A stretch of 39,316 bases of DNA from Minisyncoccota bacterium (GCA_036169735.1 JAVHNX010000010.1:20847-60162); one strand, 5' to 3'; shown: positions 9,621 through 20,564, counted from the stretch's first letter. Translations and numbers: made by a program. Notes: generated from the letters alone by a model not told the origin.

Positions 9621-10793
9621 TTATTTTCTTAAAACTTTGTTTATGCTTTGAGCAATTTTAATCATATCCTTCTCTTTTTTACCACGAGTTGTTTCTGCAT
9701 AAGTACCGAGACGAATACCAGAAGGATCCATCACACTGCGTGTGTCTCCTGGAATAGTATTCATATTCACAATAATACCAGCTTTTTCAAGACGAACACT
9801 CGCCTCTTTTCCTGAAATACCAATACCATTCATCCATGTGTCCATCAATATTAAATGGGAATCAGTACCACCAGAAATAATATGCCAACCATGTTTTTGT
9901 AGCTCACCTGCTAGAACTTTGGCATTTTTTATTACTTGTTTTGCGTATTTTTTGAACTCTGGAGTATTATCTTCTTTCAGAGCAATTGCGACTCCTGCAA
10001 TATTGTTTTCATGTGGTCCACCAAAAAGTCCTGGGATAACCATCTTATCTAATTTTTTATCAAACTCACGAGCATCTTTTTTTACAAAAAGTAATGCTTG
10101 ACGTGGTCCACGCAAACTTTTGTGGGTCGTCGTCATCACACTGTCCGCATACAGGAAAGGTGAAGGATATTCACCTCCAGCAACAAGTCCTGCAAAGTGA
10201 GACATATCAACATGGAGTAATGCTCCGCACGCGTCCGCAATCTCACGGAATTTTTTGAAATCAACAACTCGTGGATATGCAGTAAAACCTGCCACGATGA
10301 TAGCTGGCTTTTCCTGAACTGCAAGATTTTTTAATTTATCGTAATCAATTACTTCAGTGACACCATCGAGTTCGAATTGTATTGGCTTCCACAATTTGCC
10401 AGTCATTGAAAGAGGATGACCATGTGTTAGATGTCCACCGGAAGTTAATTTCATTCCCATTATTTTTTCACCTAGGGGCACCAAAGCAGAATACAAAGCA
10501 AAGTTTGCGGGAGAACCAGAAAGAAGCTGAACGTTTACATGCCAGTCTGTAGACTTTAATTTAAAAAGTTTCAACGCTCTTTCAATACAAAGAGTTTCAA
10601 CTTTATCAATAACCTGATTGCCACCATAGTATCTCCTACCTGGGTATCCTTCTGCGTATTTATTGGTCAATTCTGACCCTAGAGCTTGTAAAATATCCTT
10701 AGAGACATAATTCTCAGATGCAATCAAATTAATAACACTCTTTTGTCTTTTAGCTTCTAACTTAATAAGTTTTTCAATTTGTTTATCTTTCAT
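9621..10793 (-). CDS. glyA: serine hydroxymethyltransferase
   Basis: LIASEN, NKYAEGYPGRRYYGG, GGHLTHG, TTTHKSLRGPR. Confidence 0.97.
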   Translation of the reverse strand: MKDKQIEKLIKLEAKRQKSVINLIASENYVSKDILQALGSELTNKYAEGYPGRRYYGGNQVIDKVETLCIERALKLFKLKSTDWHVNVQLLSGSPANFALYSALVPLGEKIMGMKLTSGGHLTHGHPLSMTGKLWKPIQFELDGVTEVIDYDKLKNLAVQEKPAIIVAGFTAYPRVVDFKKFREIADACGALLHVDMSHFAGLVAGGEYPSPFLYADSVMTTTHKSLRGPRQALLFVKKDAREFDKKLDKMVIPGLFGGPHENNIAGVAIALKEDNTPEFKKYAKQVIKNAKVLAGELQKHGWHIISGGTDSHLILMDTWMNGIGISGKEASVRLEKAGIIVNMNTIPGDTRSVMDPSGIRLGTYAETTRGKKEKDMIKIAQSINKVLRK

Positions 10794-10823
10794 GGTTTGA
10801 TTTTACCACCAAAACCACTTACA

Positions 10824-11684
10824 TCAAAACCCAAATTTCAGCTTGTCTCCATTGGATTTTACAACAATACTACCTAACATATCTGTCCTAAAAACATCAG
10901 AATTAATTTGTTTTAATATATCCAAAGCATCTTGGTGTGGGTGTCCGTATTTATTACTTTTTCCAACTGATATCAAAGAATATAAAGGCAAAACTGCTTG
11001 TGCAAATTCTAAAGAAGTAGAATTACGAGAACCATGATGCCCTACTTTTAAAATAGTACTCTGTAAAATATTCTGAGAATTTTCAGAAAGGATAATTTTC
11101 TCCGTTACTTTTGTCGCATCACCCGTCAACATAACAGAGGTATTTCCGTATGATAAACGTGCAACTACCGAACCATCATTGGTAGACCATGTTGATACAT
11201 CTCGATCTGGAAATAAAATATCTATCACTGCTCCCCCACCAATATCTAACCGCATTCCTTTTTTAACTAAAGTATTTGGAATATTTTTATTTTTAATTTC
11301 TTTTTCTAAATCTTTATAAGTCTTTGAATCAGAAATAGTTCCAGAGCTAAAAACTTCTCCCACCTGATAATTTTTCAAAACATCCAAAAAACCACCAATA
11401 TGATCTGCATCAGGATTTGTAATAACTACCGCATCAATACTTTTATCAAACGGAGACATAACCTGTGAAAGAGGTCCTAAAATTTTGTGTGATGGTCCTA
11501 TATCAAACATAACTTGTGTCCCTGTTGGTGATTCGATAAACAAAGCATCTCCTTGCCCGACATCTAATACAACAAAAGTGAGACCTTTGTGTGAATTCTG
11601 CCAATCAAGTTGAAAAACAAAAATATTAGCGAAAACAAGAACCAAAATACACAAAGGTAATAAATATTTTTTGAAAAGCTCCAT
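10824..11684 (-). CDS. ComEC-type metallo-beta-lactamase domain protein (stand-alone)
   Basis: N-terminal TM, LDVGQGDA, TNPDADHIGG, LTGD, LKVGHHGS, NKYGHPH. Confidence 0.88.
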   Translation of the reverse strand: MELFKKYLLPLCILVLVFANIFVFQLDWQNSHKGLTFVVLDVGQGDALFIESPTGTQVMFDIGPSHKILGPLSQVMSPFDKSIDAVVITNPDADHIGGFLDVLKNYQVGEVFSSGTISDSKTYKDLEKEIKNKNIPNTLVKKGMRLDIGGGAVIDILFPDRDVSTWSTNDGSVVARLSYGNTSVMLTGDATKVTEKIILSENSQNILQSTILKVGHHGSRNSTSLEFAQAVLPLYSLISVGKSNKYGHPHQDALDILKQINSDVFRTDMLGSIVVKSNGDKLKFGF

Positions 11685-11727
11685 TGTGCTATAATTTTAG
11701 CATATTAATAATTAACCTAAAAAATCA

Positions 11728-12339
11728 ATGAAAAAATTTGAAGAAATGAAGTTTACTATCGGGGAGTTAAAAGGTATCTCAGCGAAAAATATTGAAGAGC
11801 ATCTTAAGCTTTATGCTGGTTATGTTAAAAACTCAAATATTATTATCGACAAACTAGAGGAATACAAACTAGATGCTGAAAAAAATGCTTATGCTATGAG
11901 TGAACTACAGCGCAGATTTGGCTTTGAATTTAACGGTATGAGAAATCATGAGTTTTATTTCAAATCTCTTGAAGGTAAAGCGACTCCTATCACCAAAGGT
12001 GGAATGTTAGAAAAATCTATTAAAAAAGATTTTGGTTCATTTGAAAAATTTCTAGCTCAATTTAAAATGATTGCAATGACTCGCGGTATTGGCTGGGCAA
12101 TTTTGTACTGGGATAGACAAACTGAACAACTCATCCCCGCTTGGATTGATGAACAACATATAGGTCAATTAAATAGTTTAAAGCATATATTCGCTATTGA
12201 TATGTGGGAACATGCTTTTGTATATGATTACCAACCAAGTGGAAAGAAACAATATGTTGAAGATTTTTTTGCAAACTTGAACTGGTCAGTTATTGAGAAG
12301 AATTTTACAGAAGCGATGAACTGGGAGGTTGTTGTGTAA
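11728..12339 (+). CDS. sod: Fe/Mn superoxide dismutase family protein
   Basis: EEHLKLY, NHEFY, GIGWA, DMWEHAF ligands. Confidence 0.88.
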   Translation: MKKFEEMKFTIGELKGISAKNIEEHLKLYAGYVKNSNIIIDKLEEYKLDAEKNAYAMSELQRRFGFEFNGMRNHEFYFKSLEGKATPITKGGMLEKSIKKDFGSFEKFLAQFKMIAMTRGIGWAILYWDRQTEQLIPAWIDEQHIGQLNSLKHIFAIDMWEHAFVYDYQPSGKKQYVEDFFANLNWSVIEKNFTEAMNWEVVV

Positions 12340-13855
12340 AACTAAAAAATTCTTTAATTTCTCTACCAAAAATCTTATAAATAAAATAAACATAAATACC
12401 AACCGTTAAAACTAACGGGAAATTTGGTATGGTAAATGCAGCGAAATTTAGGTGTGATAAAAAGCTAATAACCGCTAGCTCATAGTGCAAAAGTAGATAT
12501 GAAACAAGACCTAGTGGAATAGAAAGAATGGGTAAAATGAGACCTACGAAGCCTGTCATAAAACCGAAAACCATCGTGAGTGGTATCAATGGTAAAACTA
12601 AAATATTCGCTGGTAATGCAACGAGTGACAGGTTACCCATCTCGTAAAGGATAAAAGGTAAAACAAAAACATACGCTGCGAAAGTGACAGTGATAATATC
12701 TCTCAATCCCAAACGTGGTGTGACCCATTGAAAATATTTCTCAATTTTAGGTGCCAGGAATATCACTGCCACTGTCGCAATAAATGAAAGCTGAAAAGAA
12801 ACATCAAAAACCAAAAGAGAAGGATTGATTATAATCATCAGGACACCTGCGAGAATTAGAGCGCGTGCGACATCATAGTTTCTGCCTGTCGCACGCGCTG
12901 CGAGTGCTAGAGTCGCCATTATCCCTGCTCGTAATGCTGTCGAGCTTCCTCCCGTCATTAACACGAAAAGTAAAATAGAAAATATTCCAACACCGATGCC
13001 TAGGTTTCTCGGCAGAAAAGCAAAAATCTTCATAATCCACTCAGCGACAATAGTGACGTTGTAACCAGACAAAGCCACGATGTGTATCGTACCAGTATCT
13101 ACGAAACCTTGACGGAGACCCTGATCAAAAGCAGATTTTTCTCCCAATATCAAACCACCCATCAATAAGTTTTCTGGGTTCGGAATAGCATAATTAATTT
13201 TTTCCATGAACTTTTCTTTAACCGCAAAAAGTACACTTTTTATCTTGCTGCCATTACCTTCTGAAACAACTTCTATCACTGGATATTTCATAACATACAA
13301 AATTCCATCTTTACGGAGATAATTTACATAATCAAATTTTTTCCCTTGATCGGTCACAAAGTTTTCTGGTTTTTCTAAAGTACCAGAGAAACTTATTTCA
13401 TCACCATATCTCAAATCTTCATCGAGGCCGACTGAAAGTAATATTTTAGTAGCCAAGGTCGGACCTTTTTTAAATTCTTTAAGGTCCGACTTTAGGGACT
13501 CCCCCGATTTCACTTCCACAGTCAAACTCTGACTATTCTCTTTTTGATTTACTTCATCTATTATCAATCCACTAAGTGAAACTTTCTTTCCTACACTATC
13601 TGATAAAATTGCTTCTGATTTTAAAGAAGCTTGGTCAGCAATATGGAATCTAATAATTCCAAATGAAAAAACTAAAAGAAAAAGTAACACCAATATAGCC
13701 CACTTATTTTTAGAAATAAAATAGAAAAACAAAAAAAGCATAAAAGAAATTATGCTTAACAAAAGAACACTATAAAAATCAATAGGAATATATGAACGAA
13801 CAAATACCCCAAAAGTAAAACCAAAACAAATAGTTATAAAAGCCCTCTTCTGCAT
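12305..13855 (-). CDS. comEC: ComEC/Rec2 competence membrane protein (DUF4131 + Competence domains)
   Basis: multiple TMs, GTIHIVALSGYN, RAGIM, DVSFQLSF. Confidence 0.9.
   Translation of the reverse strand: MQKRAFITICFGFTFGVFVRSYIPIDFYSVLLLSIISFMLFLFFYFISKNKWAILVLLFLLVFSFGIIRFHIADQASLKSEAILSDSVGKKVSLSGLIIDEVNQKENSQSLTVEVKSGESLKSDLKEFKKGPTLATKILLSVGLDEDLRYGDEISFSGTLEKPENFVTDQGKKFDYVNYLRKDGILYVMKYPVIEVVSEGNGSKIKSVLFAVKEKFMEKINYAIPNPENLLMGGLILGEKSAFDQGLRQGFVDTGTIHIVALSGYNVTIVAEWIMKIFAFLPRNLGIGVGIFSILLFVLMTGGSSTALRAGIMATLALAARATGRNYDVARALILAGVLMIIINPSLLVFDVSFQLSFIATVAVIFLAPKIEKYFQWVTPRLGLRDIITVTFAAYVFVLPFILYEMGNLSLVALPANILVLPLIPLTMVFGFMTGFVGLILPILSIPLGLVSYLLLHYELAVISFLSHLNFAAFTIPNFPLVLTVGIYVYFIYKIFGREIKEFFSFTQQPPSSSLL
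13455..13492. repeat. REP-like doublet inside comEC
   Basis: aaggtcggaccttttttaaattctttaaggtccgactt, same element as 2437-2473. Confidence 0.8.
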
Positions 13856-13876
13856 TTAAAGATTATATCAAAAACA

Positions 13877-13905
13877 AAAAATCCCCCAAACGGGGGATTT
13901 TTTTT
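13877..13905 (-). terminator. intrinsic terminator after rplB
   Basis: aaaaaatccccc-aaac-gggggatttttt. Confidence 0.8.
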
Positions 13906-13915
13906 AGTGAAATTT

Positions 13916-14764
13916 TTATTGACTCTTTCTTGATTTTCCAGTCTTTCGGCGGGAAACGATGAAGACGTTTGAGTATTTCTTTGGAGAACGTGTCTTTCTT
14001 CCTCCAGTAACTTTACCCCACATAGTCTTTGGTCTCTTTGTACCGCGACCTTGTCTTCCTTCTCCTCCTCCGTATGGGTGATCCACAGGGTTCATGGCTG
14101 TTCCACGAACTGTAGGACGAATACCTTTCCAGCGACTTCTTCCTGCTTTACCGTAGTTTTCTAAATGGTGTTCATCATTGGAAACTGATCCAATACATGC
14201 CCAACACTCTTCTTTAACTTTTCTGATTTCAGAAGAAGGCATTTTCAAGTTTGTGTATCCATCGGCATTCGCAACAACTTGAGCGAAAACACCGGCTGAT
14301 CTTGAAATTTTTGCACCTCCTTTAGCTTTTACTTCAATGTTATAAACGAAACTTCCAACTGGGATATTTCTTAGAGGTAATCTGTTTCCTGTTGCAAGAT
14401 CTGCTTTTTCAGAAACAATAAACGGATCTCCTACTTTCATAGATTTTGGAAGGACAACATATCTCTTCTCTCCATCTTTGTAAACAGCGATACCGATGAA
14501 TGCTGATCTATTTGGATCATATTCTACAGAAGCTATCTTTGCAGGAATATCTTTTTTGTCGTACAAGAAGTCAACTTCTCGGAAAAGACGCTTGTGTCCT
14601 CCACCTTTATGTCTGGTAGTAATACGTCCTTGACTGTTTCGTCCGACGGATCGGGTAAAACCGTGAGTCAAAGATTTTGTAGGTTCAGTCTTGGTCAAAA
14701 CACCACGGTAAGTGACGTTTGACATCATTCTTCTTGATTTTGTTGTAGGTTTGTATGTTTTCAT
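13916..14764 (-). CDS. rplB: 50S ribosomal protein uL2
   Basis: GRITTRHKGGG, EYDPNRSA, RPTVRGTAMNPVDHPYGGG. Confidence 0.98.
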   Translation of the reverse strand: MKTYKPTTKSRRMMSNVTYRGVLTKTEPTKSLTHGFTRSVGRNSQGRITTRHKGGGHKRLFREVDFLYDKKDIPAKIASVEYDPNRSAFIGIAVYKDGEKRYVVLPKSMKVGDPFIVSEKADLATGNRLPLRNIPVGSFVYNIEVKAKGGAKISRSAGVFAQVVANADGYTNLKMPSSEIRKVKEECWACIGSVSNDEHHLENYGKAGRSRWKGIRPTVRGTAMNPVDHPYGGGEGRQGRGTKRPKTMWGKVTGGRKTRSPKKYSNVFIVSRRKTGKSRKSQ

Positions 14765-14769
14765 TTTAT

Positions 14770-15045
14770 TTAAATAAGCTCTATCTTATCACCCTTCTTC
14801 AAATAAACAAGAGCTTTCTTTCCTCCTCTCTTTACACCCGCTCTGCCTCTGGACATAATCTGTTTACTTTGTACTTGTAAAATATTAACCTTGACTGGCT
14901 TTACTTTGTAAAGTTCAAAGATAGCTTTTTTGATTTCTGTCTTGTTTGCAGATGGTGTAACATCAAAAGTGTAAACATTTTGCTCGAAAGCCTCGGATGT
15001 TTTTTCTGTTACTCTTGGTTTTTTGATTATTTTCATCGTTATCAT
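14770..15045 (-). CDS. rplW: 50S ribosomal protein uL23
   Basis: PRVTEK, ANKTEIK, KKALVYL; operon position. Confidence 0.95.
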   Translation of the reverse strand: MITMKIIKKPRVTEKTSEAFEQNVYTFDVTPSANKTEIKKAIFELYKVKPVKVNILQVQSKQIMSRGRAGVKRGGKKALVYLKKGDKIELI

Positions 15046-15057
15046 AAAATTTGGGAA

Positions 15058-15717
15058 TTAGCCTCGTGATTCCAAGAATTTAACACTCTCTTCTGGATTT
15101 TCTATTAAAAGATATTGGTGGTTTAAAACATCAAATGGATTCAAATTCTTAAGGAAAACTATTTCTAGTTGTGGTAAGTTTCTGAAACTCTTTTCTGCTT
15201 TTTCACTTCGTCCAAAAAGAGCTGTAAGAACCTTTGGTTTCTTGGAAGTTGCTAAAGGTTTGATTCCTGAAGCTTTGGAAATGTTTTTCATTACTTCGAT
15301 AGCTGTTTTTGTTTTGATTTCAGGTAAAGTCAGAGAATCAACAAAGATTATTTCTCCATCCTTGAATTTTCTAGAAAGTACTGAGAAAAGGGCTTGAGCA
15401 CGCATACTCTTTGTAATCTTTCTCTTGTAGTTCTTGTCTGAGAGTGGACCGTGTGTGACACCTCCACCAACCCAGATAGGAGAACGAGAAGATCCATGAC
15501 GAGCACGTCCTGTTCCCTTTTGTTTCCAAGGCTTCTTTCCTCCTCCACTAACTTCTCCACGATCTTTAGTGTCAGCTGTACCAGCGCGCTTGTTGGAACG
15601 CATACTCTGAACAACCTGGTGTACTAGATCAGAACGCCACTTCGCAGCGAAAACTTTCTCAGGAAGAGTAATCTTTCCGTCAGCTGCTCCTTTTTGGTTG
15701 TATATTTTTGCTTCCAT
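15058..15717 (-). CDS. rplD: 50S ribosomal protein uL4
   Basis: RGEVSGGGKKPWKQKGTGRARHGS. Confidence 0.97.
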   Translation of the reverse strand: MEAKIYNQKGAADGKITLPEKVFAAKWRSDLVHQVVQSMRSNKRAGTADTKDRGEVSGGGKKPWKQKGTGRARHGSSRSPIWVGGGVTHGPLSDKNYKRKITKSMRAQALFSVLSRKFKDGEIIFVDSLTLPEIKTKTAIEVMKNISKASGIKPLATSKKPKVLTALFGRSEKAEKSFRNLPQLEIVFLKNLNPFDVLNHQYLLIENPEESVKFLESRG

Positions 15718-15725
15718 ATAAATTA

Positions 15726-16340
15726 TTATCTTGAAACTATCTCAATTAATGTACCGCGCTTTCCTGGGACTGCTCCTTTTATCAACATTATGTTATTTTC
15801 TTTATCAACATAAACAACTTTCAAGTTCTTGTATGTTATACGATCGGACCCCATTCTTCCTGCCATTCTCATACCTTTAGGAACGTGGGTTCGAAGACCT
15901 CCTCCGATTGATCCAGGCTCTCTTTCAGAATGTTTCTGACCGTGTGAACGAGGACCTCCGTGGAAACCGTGACGCTTCACGACTCCTTGGAAACCTTTAC
16001 CTTTGGAAATTCCAGAAACCTGTAGTTTGTCACCTGGGGCAAAAGCTGAGACGTCGATGACATCACCCTCTTTTACATCAGACACATCAGAAGGTTTTAG
16101 TCTGAATTCTGTAAGTTCTCTGTAAGGTACGCCTTTCATCTGACCAGCGCTAGCTTTGGTAATACGGTGAGCTTTCTGAGTACCAAAACCAACCTGAACG
16201 GAATTATAACCATCCTTGGCTTTCTCGAAGATTCTAGTGACAGTCACTGGTCCTGCTGAAATAATCGTCACAGGAATGACTACACCTTCTTCGGAGAAAT
16301 ACTCCGTCATATTTTCTTTTGTTCCAAGAATGAATTTCAT
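15726..16340 (-). CDS. rplC: 50S ribosomal protein uL3
   Basis: SKGKGFQGVVKRHGF, GMRMAGRMG, KGAVPG. Confidence 0.97.
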   Translation of the reverse strand: MKFILGTKENMTEYFSEEGVVIPVTIISAGPVTVTRIFEKAKDGYNSVQVGFGTQKAHRITKASAGQMKGVPYRELTEFRLKPSDVSDVKEGDVIDVSAFAPGDKLQVSGISKGKGFQGVVKRHGFHGGPRSHGQKHSEREPGSIGGGLRTHVPKGMRMAGRMGSDRITYKNLKVVYVDKENNIMLIKGAVPGKRGTLIEIVSR

Positions 16341-16356
16341 AAATTTTTAATTACTT

Positions 16357-16776
16357 TTACAACATTTTTACATCAATATCAACTCCAGAAGGAAGTGACA
16401 GGTTCGTAAGAGCCTCGATTATCTTAGCTGAAGGGTTCAAAATATCAATCACTCTTTTGTGAACTCTCATCTCAAATTGTTCTCGAGTGTTTTTATAGAC
16501 GAAAGATGCACGGTTGACTGTGTACTTCTTTATTTCAGTTGGAAGAGGTACTGGTCCGATAATATTCGCATCATAACGCATAGCAGTGTCCATGATTTGT
16601 TTTACTGACGCATCCAAGATCTTACTCTCGTAAGCACGAACTCTAATGCGTAGTATTACCTGACCTTCCTCTTTCTTCTCACGAGCCTTTGGAACTGTCT
16701 TTTTTGCCTTCGCTGTTTTTTCTGTAACAGTTTTTGCAATCTTAGGCTTTTTTATTTTTGTATCTGCTGTTGTCAT
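16357..16776 (-). CDS. rpsJ: 30S ribosomal protein uS10 with Lys-rich N-terminal extension
   Basis: GPVPLPT, REQFEMRVHKR, LPSGVDI. Confidence 0.95.
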   Translation of the reverse strand: MTTADTKIKKPKIAKTVTEKTAKAKKTVPKAREKKEEGQVILRIRVRAYESKILDASVKQIMDTAMRYDANIIGPVPLPTEIKKYTVNRASFVYKNTREQFEMRVHKRVIDILNPSAKIIEALTNLSLPSGVDIDVKML

Positions 16777-16794
16777 GAACTAATCCGATTTTAA

Positions 16795-17991
16795 TTAAGC
16801 AATAATTTTAGTAACAACTCCGGCACCAACAGTCTTGCCTCCTTCGCGGATAGCAAATCTCTGTGCCTCTTCGAGTGCGACCGGGGTAACCAATTTAACT
16901 GTAAGTTTTACTGTATCTCCAGGCATAACCATTTCTGTTCCTTCTTCCAAAGCAACATCTCCTGTTACGTCAGTTGTACGGATATAGAATTGAGGTTTGT
17001 AACCTTTGAAGAAAGGAGTATGACGTCCACCTTCTTCTTTTTTCAAAACGTAGATTTCACAAGTGAAATTGTCATGAGGAGTAGTTGTACCTGGCTTACA
17101 AAGAACCTGTCCACGTGTGATATCTTCTTTCTTAAGACCGCGTAGTAGGATACCAGCATTGTCTCCAGCCATACCTTCTTGTAAGTTCTTGTTGAACATT
17201 TCAATACCAGTAACTGTTGACTTCATAGTAGGTCTGATACCGACAACTTCAACATCATCACCAACTTTGATTATTCCTCTTTCGATTTTACCGGTAACAA
17301 CTGTTCCGCGTCCTTCAATGGAGAAGATGTCTTCTACCGGCATAAGGAAAGGTTTTGTAATGTCTCTCTCAGGAACTGGGATGTATGTATCAAGAGCGTC
17401 TGTTAGTTCAAGAATTTTCTTTGCCCAAGGATCATCAATAGATTTTGCCTCAAGACCCTTAAGGGCTGATCCACGGATAACCGGAGCATTTGCACCATCG
17501 AAACCTTGTTTTGTAAGAAGTTCACGTATTTCTTCTTCAACCATGTCGATCATGTCTTTGTCATCAACCATGTCGCACTTGTTCAAGAAAACAATCATAC
17601 GAGGAACACCAACTTGTTTTGCAAGAAGAACGTGTTCGCGTGTCTGAGGCATAGCACCGTCAGTAGCAGCAACCACAAGAATAGCACCGTCCATTTGAGC
17701 GGCACCAGTAATCATGTTCTTGATATAGTCGGCGTGTCCTGGGGCATCGATGTGTGCGTAGTGACGTGTGTCAGTAGCATACTCATTGTGAGAAATGTTA
17801 ATGGTGATTCCACGGGCCTTTTCTTCTGGGGCGTTGTCGATTTGACTAACATCACGAAGACGTACTGTTTTACCAGCTAAGTTAAGGACGTTTAATATTG
17901 CCGCTGTCAAAGTTGTCTTACCGTGGTCAACGTGACCAATAGTACCAACGTTTACGTGTGGCTTATCTCTTTTAAATTCTTCTGCAGCCAT
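16795..17991 (-). CDS. tuf: elongation factor Tu (start placed at ATG 17991)
   Basis: [34 protein letters not shown]. Confidence 0.98.
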   Translation of the reverse strand: MAAEEFKRDKPHVNVGTIGHVDHGKTTLTAAILNVLNLAGKTVRLRDVSQIDNAPEEKARGITINISHNEYATDTRHYAHIDAPGHADYIKNMITGAAQMDGAILVVAATDGAMPQTREHVLLAKQVGVPRMIVFLNKCDMVDDKDMIDMVEEEIRELLTKQGFDGANAPVIRGSALKGLEAKSIDDPWAKKILELTDALDTYIPVPERDITKPFLMPVEDIFSIEGRGTVVTGKIERGIIKVGDDVEVVGIRPTMKSTVTGIEMFNKNLQEGMAGDNAGILLRGLKKEDITRGQVLCKPGTTTPHDNFTCEIYVLKKEEGGRHTPFFKGYKPQFYIRTTDVTGDVALEEGTEMVMPGDTVKLTVKLVTPVALEEAQRFAIREGGKTVGAGVVTKIIA

Positions 17992-18161
17992 AATTTTGTT
18001 GATTAACAATTAAAACTTAACATACGAGAACCAGTTGCTAAGGCTTAACTACTAATTTAATTAACTTATAATAAAATAAAAATACAAAAACTGCCAAAAG
18101 TGCAGTTACGTCTTATACTATCAAATTTAAAATTAAAGTCAAATATAGAAAATTGTTAAAT

Positions 18162-18195
18162 AAAAATCCCTCCGCCAGCTGGCGGAGGGATTTTT
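18162..18195 (-). terminator. intrinsic terminator between fusA and tuf
   Basis: aaaaatccctccgccagctggcggagggattttt, perfect palindrome. Confidence 0.8.
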
Positions 18196-18214
18196 ATTTT
18201 TAATAAATTTTATT

Positions 18215-20362
18215 TTATTTTCTTGCAGCAATGATTGTTTCAGCAACGTTTTGAGGCACGATATCATAACGCAAGAATTCCATCGTGAAAGACGCACGGC
18301 CTTCGGTCATAGAACGAAGACCAGTCATGTAACCGAACATTTCAGAAAGAGGAACAACAGCTTTAATGACTTTACTCATACCACGTTCTTCCATTCCTTC
18401 GATAAGTCCACGCTTGGATGAAAGGTTACCAGTCACGTCTCCCATGAATTTATCAGGAGTAACAACTTCGACTTTCATCATAGGTTCTAAGATAACTGGG
18501 TTAGCTCTTCGGCAAGCATCTTGTACGGCCATTGATGAAGCAATTTTAAAAGCCATTTCGTTGGAGTCCACTTCGTGGAAAGATCCATCCCATAACTCAA
18601 CAGAAACGTTAACCATTTTGAATCCAGCCAAAATACCACGATCAAGACCTTCTTTGAATCCTTTTTCACAAGCAGGAATATATTCTTGTGGAATAGCACC
18701 TCCTTTAATAGTAGTAATGAATTCGAAACCAGGAGATCTCTTTGTATTTTTTGGTAGATCTTCTACTTCTTCTTTGGTCATAGCAACCATTGGCTTCACT
18801 TTGATCTTTACGTGTCCATAATTTCCACGTCCACCGGATTGCTTGATATATTTACCTTCAGCTTCAGATGTACCATTGATTGTCTCACGGTATGCTACTT
18901 GAGGTTTACCAACATTGGCTTCCACAGTAAATTCTCTCTTCATACGATCAACAATAATTTCTAGGTGCAATTCTCCCATTCCAGCAATAATAGTCTCCCC
19001 TGTTTCTTGGTCGGTAGTAACACGGAAAGTTGGATCTTCTTGAGCAAGACGATTCAAAGCCATACCCATTTTCTCTTGGTCAGCTTTTGTCTTTGGTTCG
19101 ATTCTCAAAGAGATAACTGGTTCTGGGAAAACGATACGGTTTAATTCTATCGGACTCGCTTCGTAACATAGAGTATCAGAAGTGATGGTGTCCTTTAGAC
19201 CGACAGCGGCTGCTATTTCTCCAGCATAAACCTTCTTTACTTCTTCACGGTCATTGGCATGCATACGCAAGATACGTCCGATACGCTCCTTGTTGCGTGT
19301 GCGAGGGTTGTAAACATAACTTCCAGCTTCAAGAGTACCGGAGTAAACACGGAAGAAAATAATTTGTCCGACGAATGGGTCAGTCGCAACTTTGAAAGCC
19401 AAAGCTGAGAAAGGTTCGGTATCGGAAGCATGACGAACCATAGGCTCTTCAGTTTCTGGGTTAATACCAGGGATAGGAGGAATATCTGTAGGAGCTGGAA
19501 GATAATCAACAACAGCATCTAGAACCAATTGAACACCTTTGTTTTTTAGAGCAGATCCTGCGAAAACTGGGAAAACATTGTTGGCAATAACAGCCTTACG
19601 TAGAGTGCTCTTAAGAACATCCATACTTGGAATCTTTCCTTCAAGATATTCAGACATCATAGTGTCGTCTTGTTCAACAATCTTTTCAATCAATTCTCCG
19701 TGGAATTTTTCTGCTTCAGCTTTGTACTCTTCAGGAATATCTTTTTCGATAACCTTGTTTCCCATTTCACCTTCAAAGTAGTAAGCCTTCATACGAAGAA
19801 GATCAATAACACCTTCGTGTTTTTCTTCTAGACCGATAGGAATTTGTAAACGTACCGCTTTCTTGGTAAGTCTTTCTAAAATAGTTGCATATGAGTGTTC
19901 AAAAGAAGCACCTGTTCTATCTAGTTTGTTAATAAAACAAATACGAGGAACATTGGCTTCGTCAGCATATCTCCAGTTTGTTTCGGACTGAGGTTCAACT
20001 CCGGCTACGCCGTCGAAAACAACCACAGCTCCGTCGAGCACACGAAGAGAACGCTTCACTTCCACGGTGAAATCGATGTGTCCAGGAGTATCAATGATAT
20101 TGAAACGATGTTTTCTATTTTTGTCAGTCAAGCAGTAAGTTGGAGTCCAAAAACATGTCACAGCAGCAGAAGTGATAGTAATACCACGCTCTCTTTCCTG
20201 TTCCATCCAGTCTGTGGTGGTCTCTCCTTCGTGCACTTCACCTATTTTGTGTGATACGCCTGTATAAAAAAGCACGCGTTCTGTGGTAGTAGTCTTACCA
20301 GCGTCGATGTGTGCGATGATTCCAAAATTTCTTACTTTTTCTAACGGATAGTCTCTTTCCAT
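18215..20362 (-). CDS. fusA: elongation factor G
   Basis: [32 protein letters not shown]. Confidence 0.98.
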   Translation of the reverse strand: MERDYPLEKVRNFGIIAHIDAGKTTTTERVLFYTGVSHKIGEVHEGETTTDWMEQERERGITITSAAVTCFWTPTYCLTDKNRKHRFNIIDTPGHIDFTVEVKRSLRVLDGAVVVFDGVAGVEPQSETNWRYADEANVPRICFINKLDRTGASFEHSYATILERLTKKAVRLQIPIGLEEKHEGVIDLLRMKAYYFEGEMGNKVIEKDIPEEYKAEAEKFHGELIEKIVEQDDTMMSEYLEGKIPSMDVLKSTLRKAVIANNVFPVFAGSALKNKGVQLVLDAVVDYLPAPTDIPPIPGINPETEEPMVRHASDTEPFSALAFKVATDPFVGQIIFFRVYSGTLEAGSYVYNPRTRNKERIGRILRMHANDREEVKKVYAGEIAAAVGLKDTITSDTLCYEASPIELNRIVFPEPVISLRIEPKTKADQEKMGMALNRLAQEDPTFRVTTDQETGETIIAGMGELHLEIIVDRMKREFTVEANVGKPQVAYRETINGTSEAEGKYIKQSGGRGNYGHVKIKVKPMVAMTKEEVEDLPKNTKRSPGFEFITTIKGGAIPQEYIPACEKGFKEGLDRGILAGFKMVNVSVELWDGSFHEVDSNEMAFKIASSMAVQDACRRANPVILEPMMKVEVVTPDKFMGDVTGNLSSKRGLIEGMEERGMSKVIKAVVPLSEMFGYMTGLRSMTEGRASFTMEFLRYDIVPQNVAETIIAARK

Positions 20363-20539
20363 ATAATTGATTCTTGATAATAATTAATAATAAATAACGT
20401 GTAAAATAAAAAAGGCAGGAGCCTTTGTTACTAGCAATATACGATATTTAGCCCAAATTTGCAAATATTGTAAACAATATTTTACTACTGCTAAAATATG
20501 ACCAAAATAAATTTTTAACTTATTTTAATTAGACAAAAC

Positions 20540-20564
20540 AAAAAATCCCCTTTCGGGGATTTTT
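20540..20564 (-). terminator. intrinsic terminator between rpsG and fusA
   Basis: aaaaaatcccc-tttc-ggggattttt (GAAA loop on minus strand). Confidence 0.8.
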
